The notes under the pieces are model-generated. The model was not told the DNA's origin, did no database searches, and saw nothing but the letters and a program-made list of their open reading frames with translations. Below are positions 9,838 to 18,760 of a DNA stretch of 64,000 nucleotides, piece after piece. Origin of the DNA: Promethearchaeia archaeon (GTDB lineage: Archaea > Asgardarchaeota > Lokiarchaeia > Sigyniarchaeales > SOKP01); assembly GCA_029856085.1 (NCBI GenBank), contig JAHQWI010000184.1, positions 2,972 through 66,971 of the forward strand, in the 5' to 3' direction. A program made the position numbers and the translations under genes. Each line of letters begins with the position of its first letter. The stretch's first letter is position 1.

Positions 9838-10625
9838 ATCTCGTAATCTCCGAGAAATAAATCATCCAATTTTTCTCGTAAAATCTGTCTTTTATCCCCT
9901 TCAATCTTTATTAATTTTGGTAATTTCCCTGCTTGACCAATTTTATCTTCTCTACTAATAAAAGTACCTATAACCCCATCAATATCATCAGCAATGTCTA
10001 GTCCTTTTTTTATTGATTTCTCAACATCTTTACCTTTTACTGAATTTGCCACTTTAGTTGCTGCTGCATCAGCTAGAGCCGCGTTTGTGGCAAAAATAGT
10101 AACAGCATCAGCTTGTCCAAAACTAATAGCATGCCCAATGGTTGCAGAACTTGTGCCAACACCAATTGGACAATCCTTTTTTTCTATTAAAAATCCAATA
10201 TTCAAATTCAATTCATTATTTCCAGCATACAGAGCTATATTCATAGGTTTTATAGAATCGATAGCAATTTCACCCCCATTTTCAACTAAGGCAATTTTGG
10301 CTTTAACAAAATCGGTGTCTTCTTCCTCATCTCTATTTTTCATAACTTCTAACATGAGATCGGCTAGGGCTCCCGCAACAGCAGCCATAGGACCTACATC
10401 ACAAACATAGGCAGCATCAGCCATTAGTTTAATAACTCTTATTTCTGTATTCACATTAATAGGAGATAGTGAAGTTAAAAAATGATTATTTTTTAGTACG
10501 TATTTCTCTAAATTTCCCCGATGTAGATAAAAAATTTTTCTCGCTTTTAATATTGCAGTTTTGGATTCTGAAATGATAGTTATATCAGATTCTTTTTCTG
10601 AAAAATGAGTTTTATATACTTTCAA
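9834..10625 (-). CDS. UPF0280 / ApbE-superfamily protein
   Basis: CDVGPMAAVAGALADLM and the Gly/Ala-rich C-terminal half resemble archaeal UPF0280 (ApbE-like) proteins. Its 3' end overlaps the convergent upstream gene by 4 nt. Confidence 0.45.
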   Translation of the reverse strand: MKVYKTHFSEKESDITIISESKTAILKARKIFYLHRGNLEKYVLKNNHFLTSLSPINVNTEIRVIKLMADAAYVCDVGPMAAVAGALADLMLEVMKNRDEEEDTDFVKAKIALVENGGEIAIDSIKPMNIALYAGNNELNLNIGFLIEKKDCPIGVGTSSATIGHAISFGQADAVTIFATNAALADAAATKVANSVKGKDVEKSIKKGLDIADDIDGVIGTFISREDKIGQAGKLPKLIKIEGDKRQILREKLDDLFLGDYEI

Positions 10626-10733
10626 TTTGGGTATCTTTTTAATTCAAAATCTAAGTGATATAATGAGTTTAATAACAAATAAATATAAATAAATTGGGTT
10701 TCATTATTTAATCAAAAATAAAATTTCCAAATT

Positions 10734-11225
10734 ATGAGTCAAATTAATTACGAGGAAATTATCGGACAATTAAAATCTGATTTAAATGCTGAATGTGCTA
10801 TAGCAAATAAGTATGGAGTCATATTAGGAACTAAGATTAAAGAATTATCTAAGGGAAAAGTTATTCCTCAAAAAATTCTTTCGCTAATTTCAAATTCAAA
10901 AGAGATTGCTAAGGAACTGAATTTAGATAAGATAAATTCATTTGCCATCGAAGCTCAGGAAAATAATTATTTATTTTCTTTTTCAGAAAAATTGATCCTG
11001 ATTTCAAAACTAGATCTAAGTGTTAATTTAGCTAAATTTATGCCTAGTATAAGTGTTTTTTTGAAAAAATTAAGTGAAAGCTCGAAGGATGAGGAGATTA
11101 AAGAATTCTCAATCTTTAATTTTTCTAAGGAGTTATCAAAAATAGAAGAAACTCTAAAACAAGAAGAAATAAAAAAGGAAAAATATTCAATTATAAAAGA
11201 TTTAGTAAGACACGTCTCTAGCTAA
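10734..11225 (+). CDS. Roadblock/LC7 (MglB-like) domain protein
   Basis: The alpha-beta-alpha pattern (ECAIANKYGVILG...INSFAIEAQENNYLFSFSEKLILISKLD) is typical of Roadblock/LC7. It lies directly upstream of a small-GTPase gene. Confidence 0.45.
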   Translation: MSQINYEEIIGQLKSDLNAECAIANKYGVILGTKIKELSKGKVIPQKILSLISNSKEIAKELNLDKINSFAIEAQENNYLFSFSEKLILISKLDLSVNLAKFMPSISVFLKKLSESSKDEEIKEFSIFNFSKELSKIEETLKQEEIKKEKYSIIKDLVRHVSS

Positions 11226-11368
11226 TCTTGAAATTATATGGTATATTTCATTGGTGAATTATCATTCTAAGGCAAGTATTCATTTATAAAGGGGAGGAAC
11301 TTCTTTATTACAGGCATTTTGGTAAAGCATTAAAACATGAAGCTTTAGATTATCTTATATCAGAAATC

Positions 11369-13207
11369 ATGGAAGATGAATCTACCAGAGGGGAAGATAG
11401 TGTGGAATTCCATGATTATTATAAATTTAGAGTATCATACGTAACACAAAAGAGTTTAGGAATAATTGTTTTATTTGTTACTGGTTTAACAGATAAATTT
11501 GATAATATTAAAAAGGAATTAGTGAAATGTAGGAAAGAATTTATTAATTTATTTGAAGAAATCCTACAACATCGTTTTGATGCAAAAACTTTCGAAGTGT
11601 TTGATCCAATAGTAGATTCAATCCATAAAAATCTTCGACCTAAGATATCTTTGATTGGTTTTTCTGGAGTAGGAAAAACAACTATAACTAGATTAATCAG
11701 AGCAGAAGAAATACCATTGCAACATATACCTACGATTACTGGTGACATAGCTACTGTAAGAATAGGAAAATTACATTTTCATTTATGGGATTTTGCTGGA
11801 CAGGAACAATTTAGTTATCTTTGGAATAATTTTATTAAAGGTAGTGATGCTGCTCTTTTAATTACTGATTCAACTTTAGAAAATGTTGAAAAAAGCAAGT
11901 TTTTCTTAGAATTAATAAAAGAACAATCCCCACATGCGCACACAGCAGTAATCGGAAACAAACAAGATTTAGGAGGAGCTATTAAATCTGCGCAAATTGA
12001 ACGGATTTTAGGGTTAAAAACATACTCTATGATCGCAAAAAAACCTGAAAATCGGGACAAGATGATTCAAATTATTGCTGATATATTGGAAATGAGCGCA
12101 GAGGTTTCACCCTTATTAAAACCGCTTTTAGAGCGAGATAAATTAATAGAAGAAGCGACAGGAGCATTGAAAAGTGCAGATTTCGAAAAAGCTGCATTTC
12201 TTTTTGATAAGATTAGTGATTTGTGCTTAGAATTGGGAGATGATTCATTAGGTAAAGAATTTTTTGAGAAATCACAAAAAATTAAAACTATGTTAGAACA
12301 AGTTGGGGCTCCTCAACCAACACCAGCTTTTCCAATAGAAACAGATAGGGCTGAACAATCTAAAGCTTCAGGAAAACCAAAATTGTCAGAAGAAGTTATT
12401 GTATCAAAGCCAACAATAGCAATTGAAACATCAGAAATGCCTAAGCCCCCTGCGCCTATTCTTCCACCTCCAAGACCAATAAAAGAACAAACAGTAGATC
12501 ATAATATAGCAGAATTACCAAAAGAAAAACTAGATTCTACAATAGATTGGATTAAATCTAGCAAGCCTATACAAGAACAAAATAAAGTGATGGAATCTGA
12601 AATTGAAAATAATAATATCGGTTTGAAATTAAATCCCGAAGATTATATAGTAAAAATTAGACCAAAAACTATAGGAGCTGTACCGAAAGATGCTAAATCA
12701 AAGTTGAAAACATCTGCATATGGTCATGTTAAAAATATACCCTCCTTAAAAGAAGAAGCAATTGTTAGTCAAACAAAAACGCAAGAACCTGTATCAATAA
12801 AAGTGTCTGAAGAAGTGTCAACAGTAAGATCACCCTCCCGCCCTTCAGAACTATTCAAGACGGATACCCAATCGATATCTACGCAACCACTAGAGACTCA
12901 TGAACAATTAAAATCTACTGTAACACCTAAAGACATAATTCCAGAGACAATTTCTAAAGATGTTATTGAAACTGAACGACCGATATCTACGATTGATAAA
13001 ATTCAAATAGACCATGCGAAAAAAACACTGATAGAATTAAAATTAAAAAAAGCTGATTTATACAAAATGGCTTTAGATTTTGATATAAAAGAACTTAAAG
13101 GTGAAATTTCTGAAGAGGAACTTGAAAATAAAAAGAAGAAAATAAAGGAATATGAGAAAAAAATAGATATTCAGATTCAAGAGATGCAAAAACTATTAAA
13201 AGATTAA
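11369..13207 (+). CDS. Multidomain Ras-superfamily small GTPase with a long disordered P/S/T/E/K-rich region and a C-terminal coiled coil
   Basis: G1 GFSGVGKTT, G3 WDFAGQEQF and G4 GNKQDL are present. There is a ~90-aa N-terminal domain, a ~300-aa low-complexity region and a terminal coiled coil. The frame is open upstream to 11258 (VFIYKGEELLYYRHFGKAL...), so the true start may be ATT 11264, 6 nt after GGTGA 11253-57. Confidence 0.8.
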   Translation: MEDESTRGEDSVEFHDYYKFRVSYVTQKSLGIIVLFVTGLTDKFDNIKKELVKCRKEFINLFEEILQHRFDAKTFEVFDPIVDSIHKNLRPKISLIGFSGVGKTTITRLIRAEEIPLQHIPTITGDIATVRIGKLHFHLWDFAGQEQFSYLWNNFIKGSDAALLITDSTLENVEKSKFFLELIKEQSPHAHTAVIGNKQDLGGAIKSAQIERILGLKTYSMIAKKPENRDKMIQIIADILEMSAEVSPLLKPLLERDKLIEEATGALKSADFEKAAFLFDKISDLCLELGDDSLGKEFFEKSQKIKTMLEQVGAPQPTPAFPIETDRAEQSKASGKPKLSEEVIVSKPTIAIETSEMPKPPAPILPPPRPIKEQTVDHNIAELPKEKLDSTIDWIKSSKPIQEQNKVMESEIENNNIGLKLNPEDYIVKIRPKTIGAVPKDAKSKLKTSAYGHVKNIPSLKEEAIVSQTKTQEPVSIKVSEEVSTVRSPSRPSELFKTDTQSISTQPLETHEQLKSTVTPKDIIPETISKDVIETERPISTIDKIQIDHAKKTLIELKLKKADLYKMALDFDIKELKGEISEEELENKKKKIKEYEKKIDIQIQEMQKLLKD

Positions 13208-13320
13208 CTCCAATAGAAACTGATCTCATCCAATAATTTTTTACTCTTTTGAAAAACACTTAGTTAAAAAAGTAAGTATCCTAATAGAGAATATGTATAG
13301 AATTAAAATTGAACCCTTAA

Positions 13321-14193
13321 TTAAATAAAACTCTTTAAATATTCATTAGGTACATTTGCATCTCCGATCTTTATTCCCTTTATCCCTCCATGGTAATCGG
13401 AACCACCTGATTTTATTAAGTTATATTTTTCTGCAATATTTCTGTAATAATTTGGGAAAAATTCTTGTGCCCATGTAGCTTTATCTGTTTCATAAAATGG
13501 TCTATTTTTCGCATAAGTATATTCGATTTCAATCCCTTCAATTCCTGCTTCAACACAAAATTCAATAAATTTTACTCGATTTGATACCTGATAAATTCCA
13601 GGATGGGCAAGAATGGGAACACCTCCAACAGATTTAATTAATTCAATAGATTCTTCAAAGTTGAGCTCAATTTCTCTATCTACAAATGCAACACCACCAA
13701 TACTAATCATCTTAAAGAGGTCCTTTTTAGATTGTCCCTTAATCCTATCTGGGTTATTTTTTATCATAATTTCAACAATATGAGGGCGTCCAATAACCTT
13801 ACCTCCGGCTATAGCTTTAACTTCTTCGAAAGAAATATTGTAATCAAATTCATTTCTAAGACGATTACAAATCGCTTCTTTTTGTTCCAATCTTCCTCTA
13901 ATTTGATTTTCTATCGATTTTATTAATTTTGTTGACTTGTGATCGATATTTAAGCCAAGAATATGTATATCTATTAATTCTCTTTCGGGTTCGTGTTTTA
14001 TTGAAATCTCAATGCCTGGTATTACAATTAAATCTTTTTTTTCCCCATAGGATAAAAAATCTCCCAATCCATCAATTGTATCATGATCTGTTAAAGCAAT
14101 GGCCTTTAAGTTAAGTTTCAATGCTTTATCTATTAATTGAGAAGGTGTATTTAAACCATCAGAACTAGTTGAATGAAGGTGAAGATCAATCAC
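13321..14193 (-). CDS. PHP-domain metal-dependent phosphoesterase (TrpH/YciV-like)
   Basis: MIDLHLHSTSSDG...LTDHDT and the C-terminal GGSDYHG PHP motifs. Confidence 0.8.
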   Translation of the reverse strand: MIDLHLHSTSSDGLNTPSQLIDKALKLNLKAIALTDHDTIDGLGDFLSYGEKKDLIVIPGIEISIKHEPERELIDIHILGLNIDHKSTKLIKSIENQIRGRLEQKEAICNRLRNEFDYNISFEEVKAIAGGKVIGRPHIVEIMIKNNPDRIKGQSKKDLFKMISIGGVAFVDREIELNFEESIELIKSVGGVPILAHPGIYQVSNRVKFIEFCVEAGIEGIEIEYTYAKNRPFYETDKATWAQEFFPNYYRNIAEKYNLIKSGGSDYHGGIKGIKIGDANVPNEYLKSFI

Positions 14194-14307
14194 GTGATAT
14201 GAAAATTAATTCTGAAATTTTACTTTTTCTTTAAAATTTATTAAAGGATTTGAAAAAAATATAAGTGTACAAGAATTAAAGGGTTTAAACAGAGATGTTT
14301 AAAATAT

Positions 14308-15717
14308 ATGCCTATAATTGTTATGAAATTTGGAGGTTCGTGTTTGATCGACAAAACGGCATTCAAAAAAATTCTAAATATCAATAATATCTATAATGAT
14401 GTAAAGAAAATTTTTGTGATTTCAGCTTTAAGCGGGATAACAGATTTACTTTTAAAAACAGCTCAAAAATTAGAAGACACTAAAATAACTGATCAGGCTA
14501 TTTCTTTAATTGAAAAACGGCATATTGATATAATTGAACAAATATTTGATGAAGATTCTGATTATTATATTAAGGCTAAAGACTGGATTGACGATAAATT
14601 AAGTGAGTTAGATGATGCATTTGCGGACATAAAAGAATTTGGATTAGAACCATATTATAGAGATTATGTTCTTAGTTTTGGGGAGATACTTTCAACCTAT
14701 ATTTTAAATCAGTATCTTTTAAGTAATGGATTAGATTCTGTATATATTCCAGCAAATAAAATTATAATTACAAATGATGAATTTAATAACGCCTATCCTT
14801 TATATGATTTAACAAATTCTCGAATTAAAAATCTTTTAACTCCTCTTTTGGAAAATCCTAAAAAAGATACTATAATTTGTTTAACCGGTTTTATTGGAAG
14901 AAATAAAATAGGATATATTACAACTTTAGGAAGGGGTGGTTCAGATTATACTTCAACAATAGTAGCTCATTCTCTTTTTACTGTTGGAAATGATAAGGAT
15001 ATTAAAGTTATTTTATGGAAAGATGTCGATGGATTGTTAGCAATAAATCCAAAATATGTCCCTGAATCTTCCCTAATAAAGAATTTAGATTATGGTGAAG
15101 CAAAACATATTGCTAATTTTGGAGCGAAAATCCTTCACCCAAAATGTTTAGAAGCAATAGAGAAATTTAAAATACCTCTAGAAATCAGAAATTTTGATAA
15201 CCCTTTAGGTGACGATTTTACTGAAATTTCAGATCGAACAGATAAAGAACAAATAAAAGGAATTTCTGCTGTTGAGTTGGCAACGATTATAACAGTAATT
15301 TCCGGGAGTTTAGTTGATGTGCCTGGAGTTCTGGCAAAAATTTTTAAAACCATGAGCAAAAAAAAAATAAGCGTATCTTTAGTTGCGCAAAGCTCATCTG
15401 AAATAAGCACTTCTTTTATTGTTAGTGCAGAGGATTCGGAAAAGGCACTCCAAGCATTAAAAAAGTCAAAGTTCTTTTCAGAATTTTTTGAAATAAAAGG
15501 GGAAGATGTCGCAGTAATTAACATAACAGGTTTAAAAATCCTTGAAACTAGAACTAAAGCAGAAATATTCAATGCATTAGATAAAAAACATATTAAGGTT
15601 AAAGCAATTTCTCAAAGCTATGATGAATTAAATTTATCAATTGTTATTAATAGAGAAAAATTATCAGATGCAATTAAAATAATTCATGAGGATTTATATG
15701 AAGAATTTGAATCCTAA
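14308..15717 (+). CDS. Aspartate kinase with C-terminal ACT domains
   Basis: IVMKFGGSCL N-terminus, GRGGSDYT, FGAKILHP, and a tandem ACT-like C-terminus. Confidence 0.85.
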   Translation: MPIIVMKFGGSCLIDKTAFKKILNINNIYNDVKKIFVISALSGITDLLLKTAQKLEDTKITDQAISLIEKRHIDIIEQIFDEDSDYYIKAKDWIDDKLSELDDAFADIKEFGLEPYYRDYVLSFGEILSTYILNQYLLSNGLDSVYIPANKIIITNDEFNNAYPLYDLTNSRIKNLLTPLLENPKKDTIICLTGFIGRNKIGYITTLGRGGSDYTSTIVAHSLFTVGNDKDIKVILWKDVDGLLAINPKYVPESSLIKNLDYGEAKHIANFGAKILHPKCLEAIEKFKIPLEIRNFDNPLGDDFTEISDRTDKEQIKGISAVELATIITVISGSLVDVPGVLAKIFKTMSKKKISVSLVAQSSSEISTSFIVSAEDSEKALQALKKSKFFSEFFEIKGEDVAVINITGLKILETRTKAEIFNALDKKHIKVKAISQSYDELNLSIVINREKLSDAIKIIHEDLYEEFES

Positions 15718-15802
15718 ATAGAATTCATTATATTTTTAATAATTCAATATTAAGTGTAAAAGAGCTATTAAGGATAAAGAAAAAGAAAACAAATAATAAC
15801 TA

Positions 15803-16327
15803 CTATGTTCTTGAATCTATAATTCGACGGGTCAATTCAGTAAAGGCTTCATCAACATTTACACCCGTTTTAGCAGATGTTTCAACATATATACTCCCTT
15901 CTTTTTCTGCAAATGAACGAGCTTCATCTCTATCTATAACTAAACCAACATCCTCGATTAAATCCGCTTTATTTCCAATTAATACAAAAGGAATATTCTC
16001 TCCCGCAAACTGGCGTATCTCCGTTAACCATTTCCTAGTTTCTGTGTAAGTTTGCTCTCTAGTTAAATCAAATACCAACAGGGCACCGGCAGCTCCTTTG
16101 TAAAATGTACTACGTATAAACTCGAACCGTTGTTGTCCACCAATGTCCCAAATTGACAAAGTTGCTATTTCACCAGATCTAAATTCTACATCTTTAGTAA
16201 GGATATCAACCCCCACTGTTAATTTGTAATTAGCTTGGAATCTGTTTTTGATGAATCTTTGAACCAGACTTGTCTTACCAACGGCAGCCGCGCCAGTAAG
16301 TAATACTTTTAATTTAAAACTTGACAT
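15803..16327 (-). CDS. Rab-like small GTPase (Asgard-type, no C-terminal prenylation Cys)
   Basis: GAAAVGKTSL (G1), WDIGGQQRF (G3), YKGAAGALLVFD, GNKADL (G4) and ETSAKTG (G5). The protein ends ...RIIDSRT without a CC/CAAX motif. Confidence 0.85.
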   Translation of the reverse strand: MSSFKLKVLLTGAAAVGKTSLVQRFIKNRFQANYKLTVGVDILTKDVEFRSGEIATLSIWDIGGQQRFEFIRSTFYKGAAGALLVFDLTREQTYTETRKWLTEIRQFAGENIPFVLIGNKADLIEDVGLVIDRDEARSFAEKEGSIYVETSAKTGVNVDEAFTELTRRIIDSRT

Positions 16328-16594
16328 TAAGCTCCACTCACGTCGATTGTTATGATTTTAGTTATTAATCATTTTGTATTTTCTATAAATTAATTATAAA
16401 ATTATGATATTTAATAATTTATTTAATTTATTAATACAAATTAAATTATAGATTTAATATATTAACAATTTAAATATTTTTACATAAACTTAACCAGAAT
16501 TTTAATCGTTCTAAACCTGATTTATACATTATTGTGGCATAAGAAAGATTTATATTTAGTTAGATAAAAAAAATGCAAATCTTTTAACTATTAA

Positions 16595-18553
16595 TTATCT
16601 TTTTTGAATCTCTTTATATTCTATTAAAGTGGGAAAATAATCGAGATTCAGGTGGGGGAAATACATGGCTTCAGCATATTCTTTTTGAAATTCTTCTTTA
16701 ACTGCTATTTCTATATATTGAATTCTGTTTAACAATTGTTCTGCTTTATTTCTTAAATCTTTATTTAACAAGCAATATTGAGCTCCAATTCCCGCAGCAT
16801 TACCAATCTGAAATATATTTTCATTAGGTATGTCAGGAATCATTCCAATAAATTTTGCATTTTCTGAATTGATATAGTTCCCAAAAGCTCCAGCTAGAAA
16901 TACTTTTTTGATTTTTAAGCTTTCACTACCCATGTTATGTAAAATAAGTCTTGTTCCAGAAAAAAATGCTGCTTTTGCCATTTGAATTTGTCTGATGTCA
17001 TTTTGAGTTATAGTAATATCTTTTCCTATAGACGTTTCGTCTTTATTAACAATAATAAACTTAAAAGATTTATCAGATTTAATCAATCTCTCATGATTGA
17101 CAAGGACTTTATTGAAATTACCACTCCTCGTGAGAATTTTAGATTTTAACATCTCTGCTACCGCATCTATTAAACCAGATCCACAGATCCCTATCGGTTT
17201 TTTATTCTTTATTGTTGAAAAAGATACGTCTAGATTATCAGGATCAATTTTTAGTGAATCAATTGCGCCAGCAGCGGCTCTCATACCATCACTAATATGA
17301 GCACCTTCTAGTGCTGAACCAGCGGCGCACGAGCCAACAGCTAAAGTTTTCCGGTTTCCTATGATAATCTCTCCATTAGTTCCAATATCAATTGCTAAAG
17401 TGAGATCTTTTTCTTTATATATATTTGAAGAAAGAATAACTCCAATGGTATCAGCTCCAACAAACCCAGATATAATTGGAGCAGTATAAACTATACCGTT
17501 TTTAGAAATATTAAGCTTCAAATCTTTAGCTGCAACATTTAATCCCTTTTGAATAACAGGAACAAAGGGACTTAAACCTATATTAGTAGGGTCTAATCCT
17601 AAAAATATATGATGCATAACGGAATTCCCAACAATGCTAGCTTCATAAACTCGAGATGGATTAATTTTAGCTTTAGAACATGTCTTCAAAAGTATTTCAT
17701 TTAAATCTTTTATTACTATGGAATTTAATACATCAAGGTTTTTTCTATCACTCTTTATAAAAGTTATTCTGGTGATAACATCTTCTCCATAAGCTGTTTG
17801 GCTATTTAGATTAGAATCTAAAGCATAAACTTTTCCATTATTTAGATTTATTAAATAACCGACTACAGTTGTCGTTCCTATGTCAAAGGCTATTCCATAA
17901 TTGTCCTCAACAGTATTACCGGGTTCGCAAGCTATTATAGTTTTATTATTCCATAAAGTAATGGTAATTTTATGTTTTTTTTCTCTTAAAATATTTGGCA
18001 AATCGTTTAATAAATCTAAACTGATATCAAATTGAATATTTCTACTAAAATTTTTATTCGTAGAAATAAGCTTCTTAATAATCCTTTCAAAATCAGCTTG
18101 AGGTTCTTCTAAGGAGGCTGTATCAACCTCAAGATAGTATTTCTTAATTGCAGGAAGTAATTTTACTCCCTTTCCAACCCCCGCAGTGAGAATATTAAAA
18201 TCTTCCAGCATTAACTCATTCGGTAAAAATATCCGAAATTGAGATGTTTCAATTTTTTCTAATGATTGGAGTTTATTCTTATCTATTCTTGCTTGACATG
18301 CTAACCGCCAACCATTTTCTAAATCAATTTGATCTAAGAATTTTCTCTCAGCACTGGTTGGTAGGTTAAAAAATTCTTTACCTTTTTGAATTAATAACCT
18401 ACATTTTCCACAAGTACCTAAACCACCACATATAGATCTGATTGGAACACTTAAATCTGAAAGTAGATCATACATTGATTTATCACTTGTTAATATCACC
18501 CTCCTTGAAATTGGTTCAATATCAATAATGATATTTTTATTTTTAAAATCCAT
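16595..18553 (-). CDS. RACo-type corrinoid reductive activase: N-terminal [2Fe-2S] ferredoxin plus ASKHA ATPase (DUF4445)
   Basis: The plant-type ferredoxin motif CGGLGTCGKCRL...C is followed by a ~500-aa ASKHA-like body (DIGTTTVVG, DIGTNGE, GSCAAGSALEG). Confidence 0.7.
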   Translation of the reverse strand: MDFKNKNIIIDIEPISRRVILTSDKSMYDLLSDLSVPIRSICGGLGTCGKCRLLIQKGKEFFNLPTSAERKFLDQIDLENGWRLACQARIDKNKLQSLEKIETSQFRIFLPNELMLEDFNILTAGVGKGVKLLPAIKKYYLEVDTASLEEPQADFERIIKKLISTNKNFSRNIQFDISLDLLNDLPNILREKKHKITITLWNNKTIIACEPGNTVEDNYGIAFDIGTTTVVGYLINLNNGKVYALDSNLNSQTAYGEDVITRITFIKSDRKNLDVLNSIVIKDLNEILLKTCSKAKINPSRVYEASIVGNSVMHHIFLGLDPTNIGLSPFVPVIQKGLNVAAKDLKLNISKNGIVYTAPIISGFVGADTIGVILSSNIYKEKDLTLAIDIGTNGEIIIGNRKTLAVGSCAAGSALEGAHISDGMRAAAGAIDSLKIDPDNLDVSFSTIKNKKPIGICGSGLIDAVAEMLKSKILTRSGNFNKVLVNHERLIKSDKSFKFIIVNKDETSIGKDITITQNDIRQIQMAKAAFFSGTRLILHNMGSESLKIKKVFLAGAFGNYINSENAKFIGMIPDIPNENIFQIGNAAGIGAQYCLLNKDLRNKAEQLLNRIQYIEIAVKEEFQKEYAEAMYFPHLNLDYFPTLIEYKEIQKR

Positions 18554-18760
18554 ATCCTATTTTTATAAATAATTTATATTTTTTTCTCAAAATCTGAGTT
18601 CAATCTTCTTGTAAATTAGATAAAAATTAACGTATTCAGTAATTTAGTTAAGATAATTATAACAATATAAAAAATTTAATTACTTAGTTGGGATAATTTA
18701 AAGTAAGAAAATTAATTGTTATTTTTTAATTCAAATTACGATTAAACAGGTTTTTTTAAA

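Noticed and set aside
11238-11270. Mini-ORF MVYFIGELSF* considered as a 5' exon of the GTPase, joined by a BHB intron.
   Set aside because: The only candidate 4-bp helix with 3-nt bulges (GAAU 11256-59 / AUUC 11278-81) would remove 22 nt and leave the wrong reading frame. No in-frame BHB solution was found.
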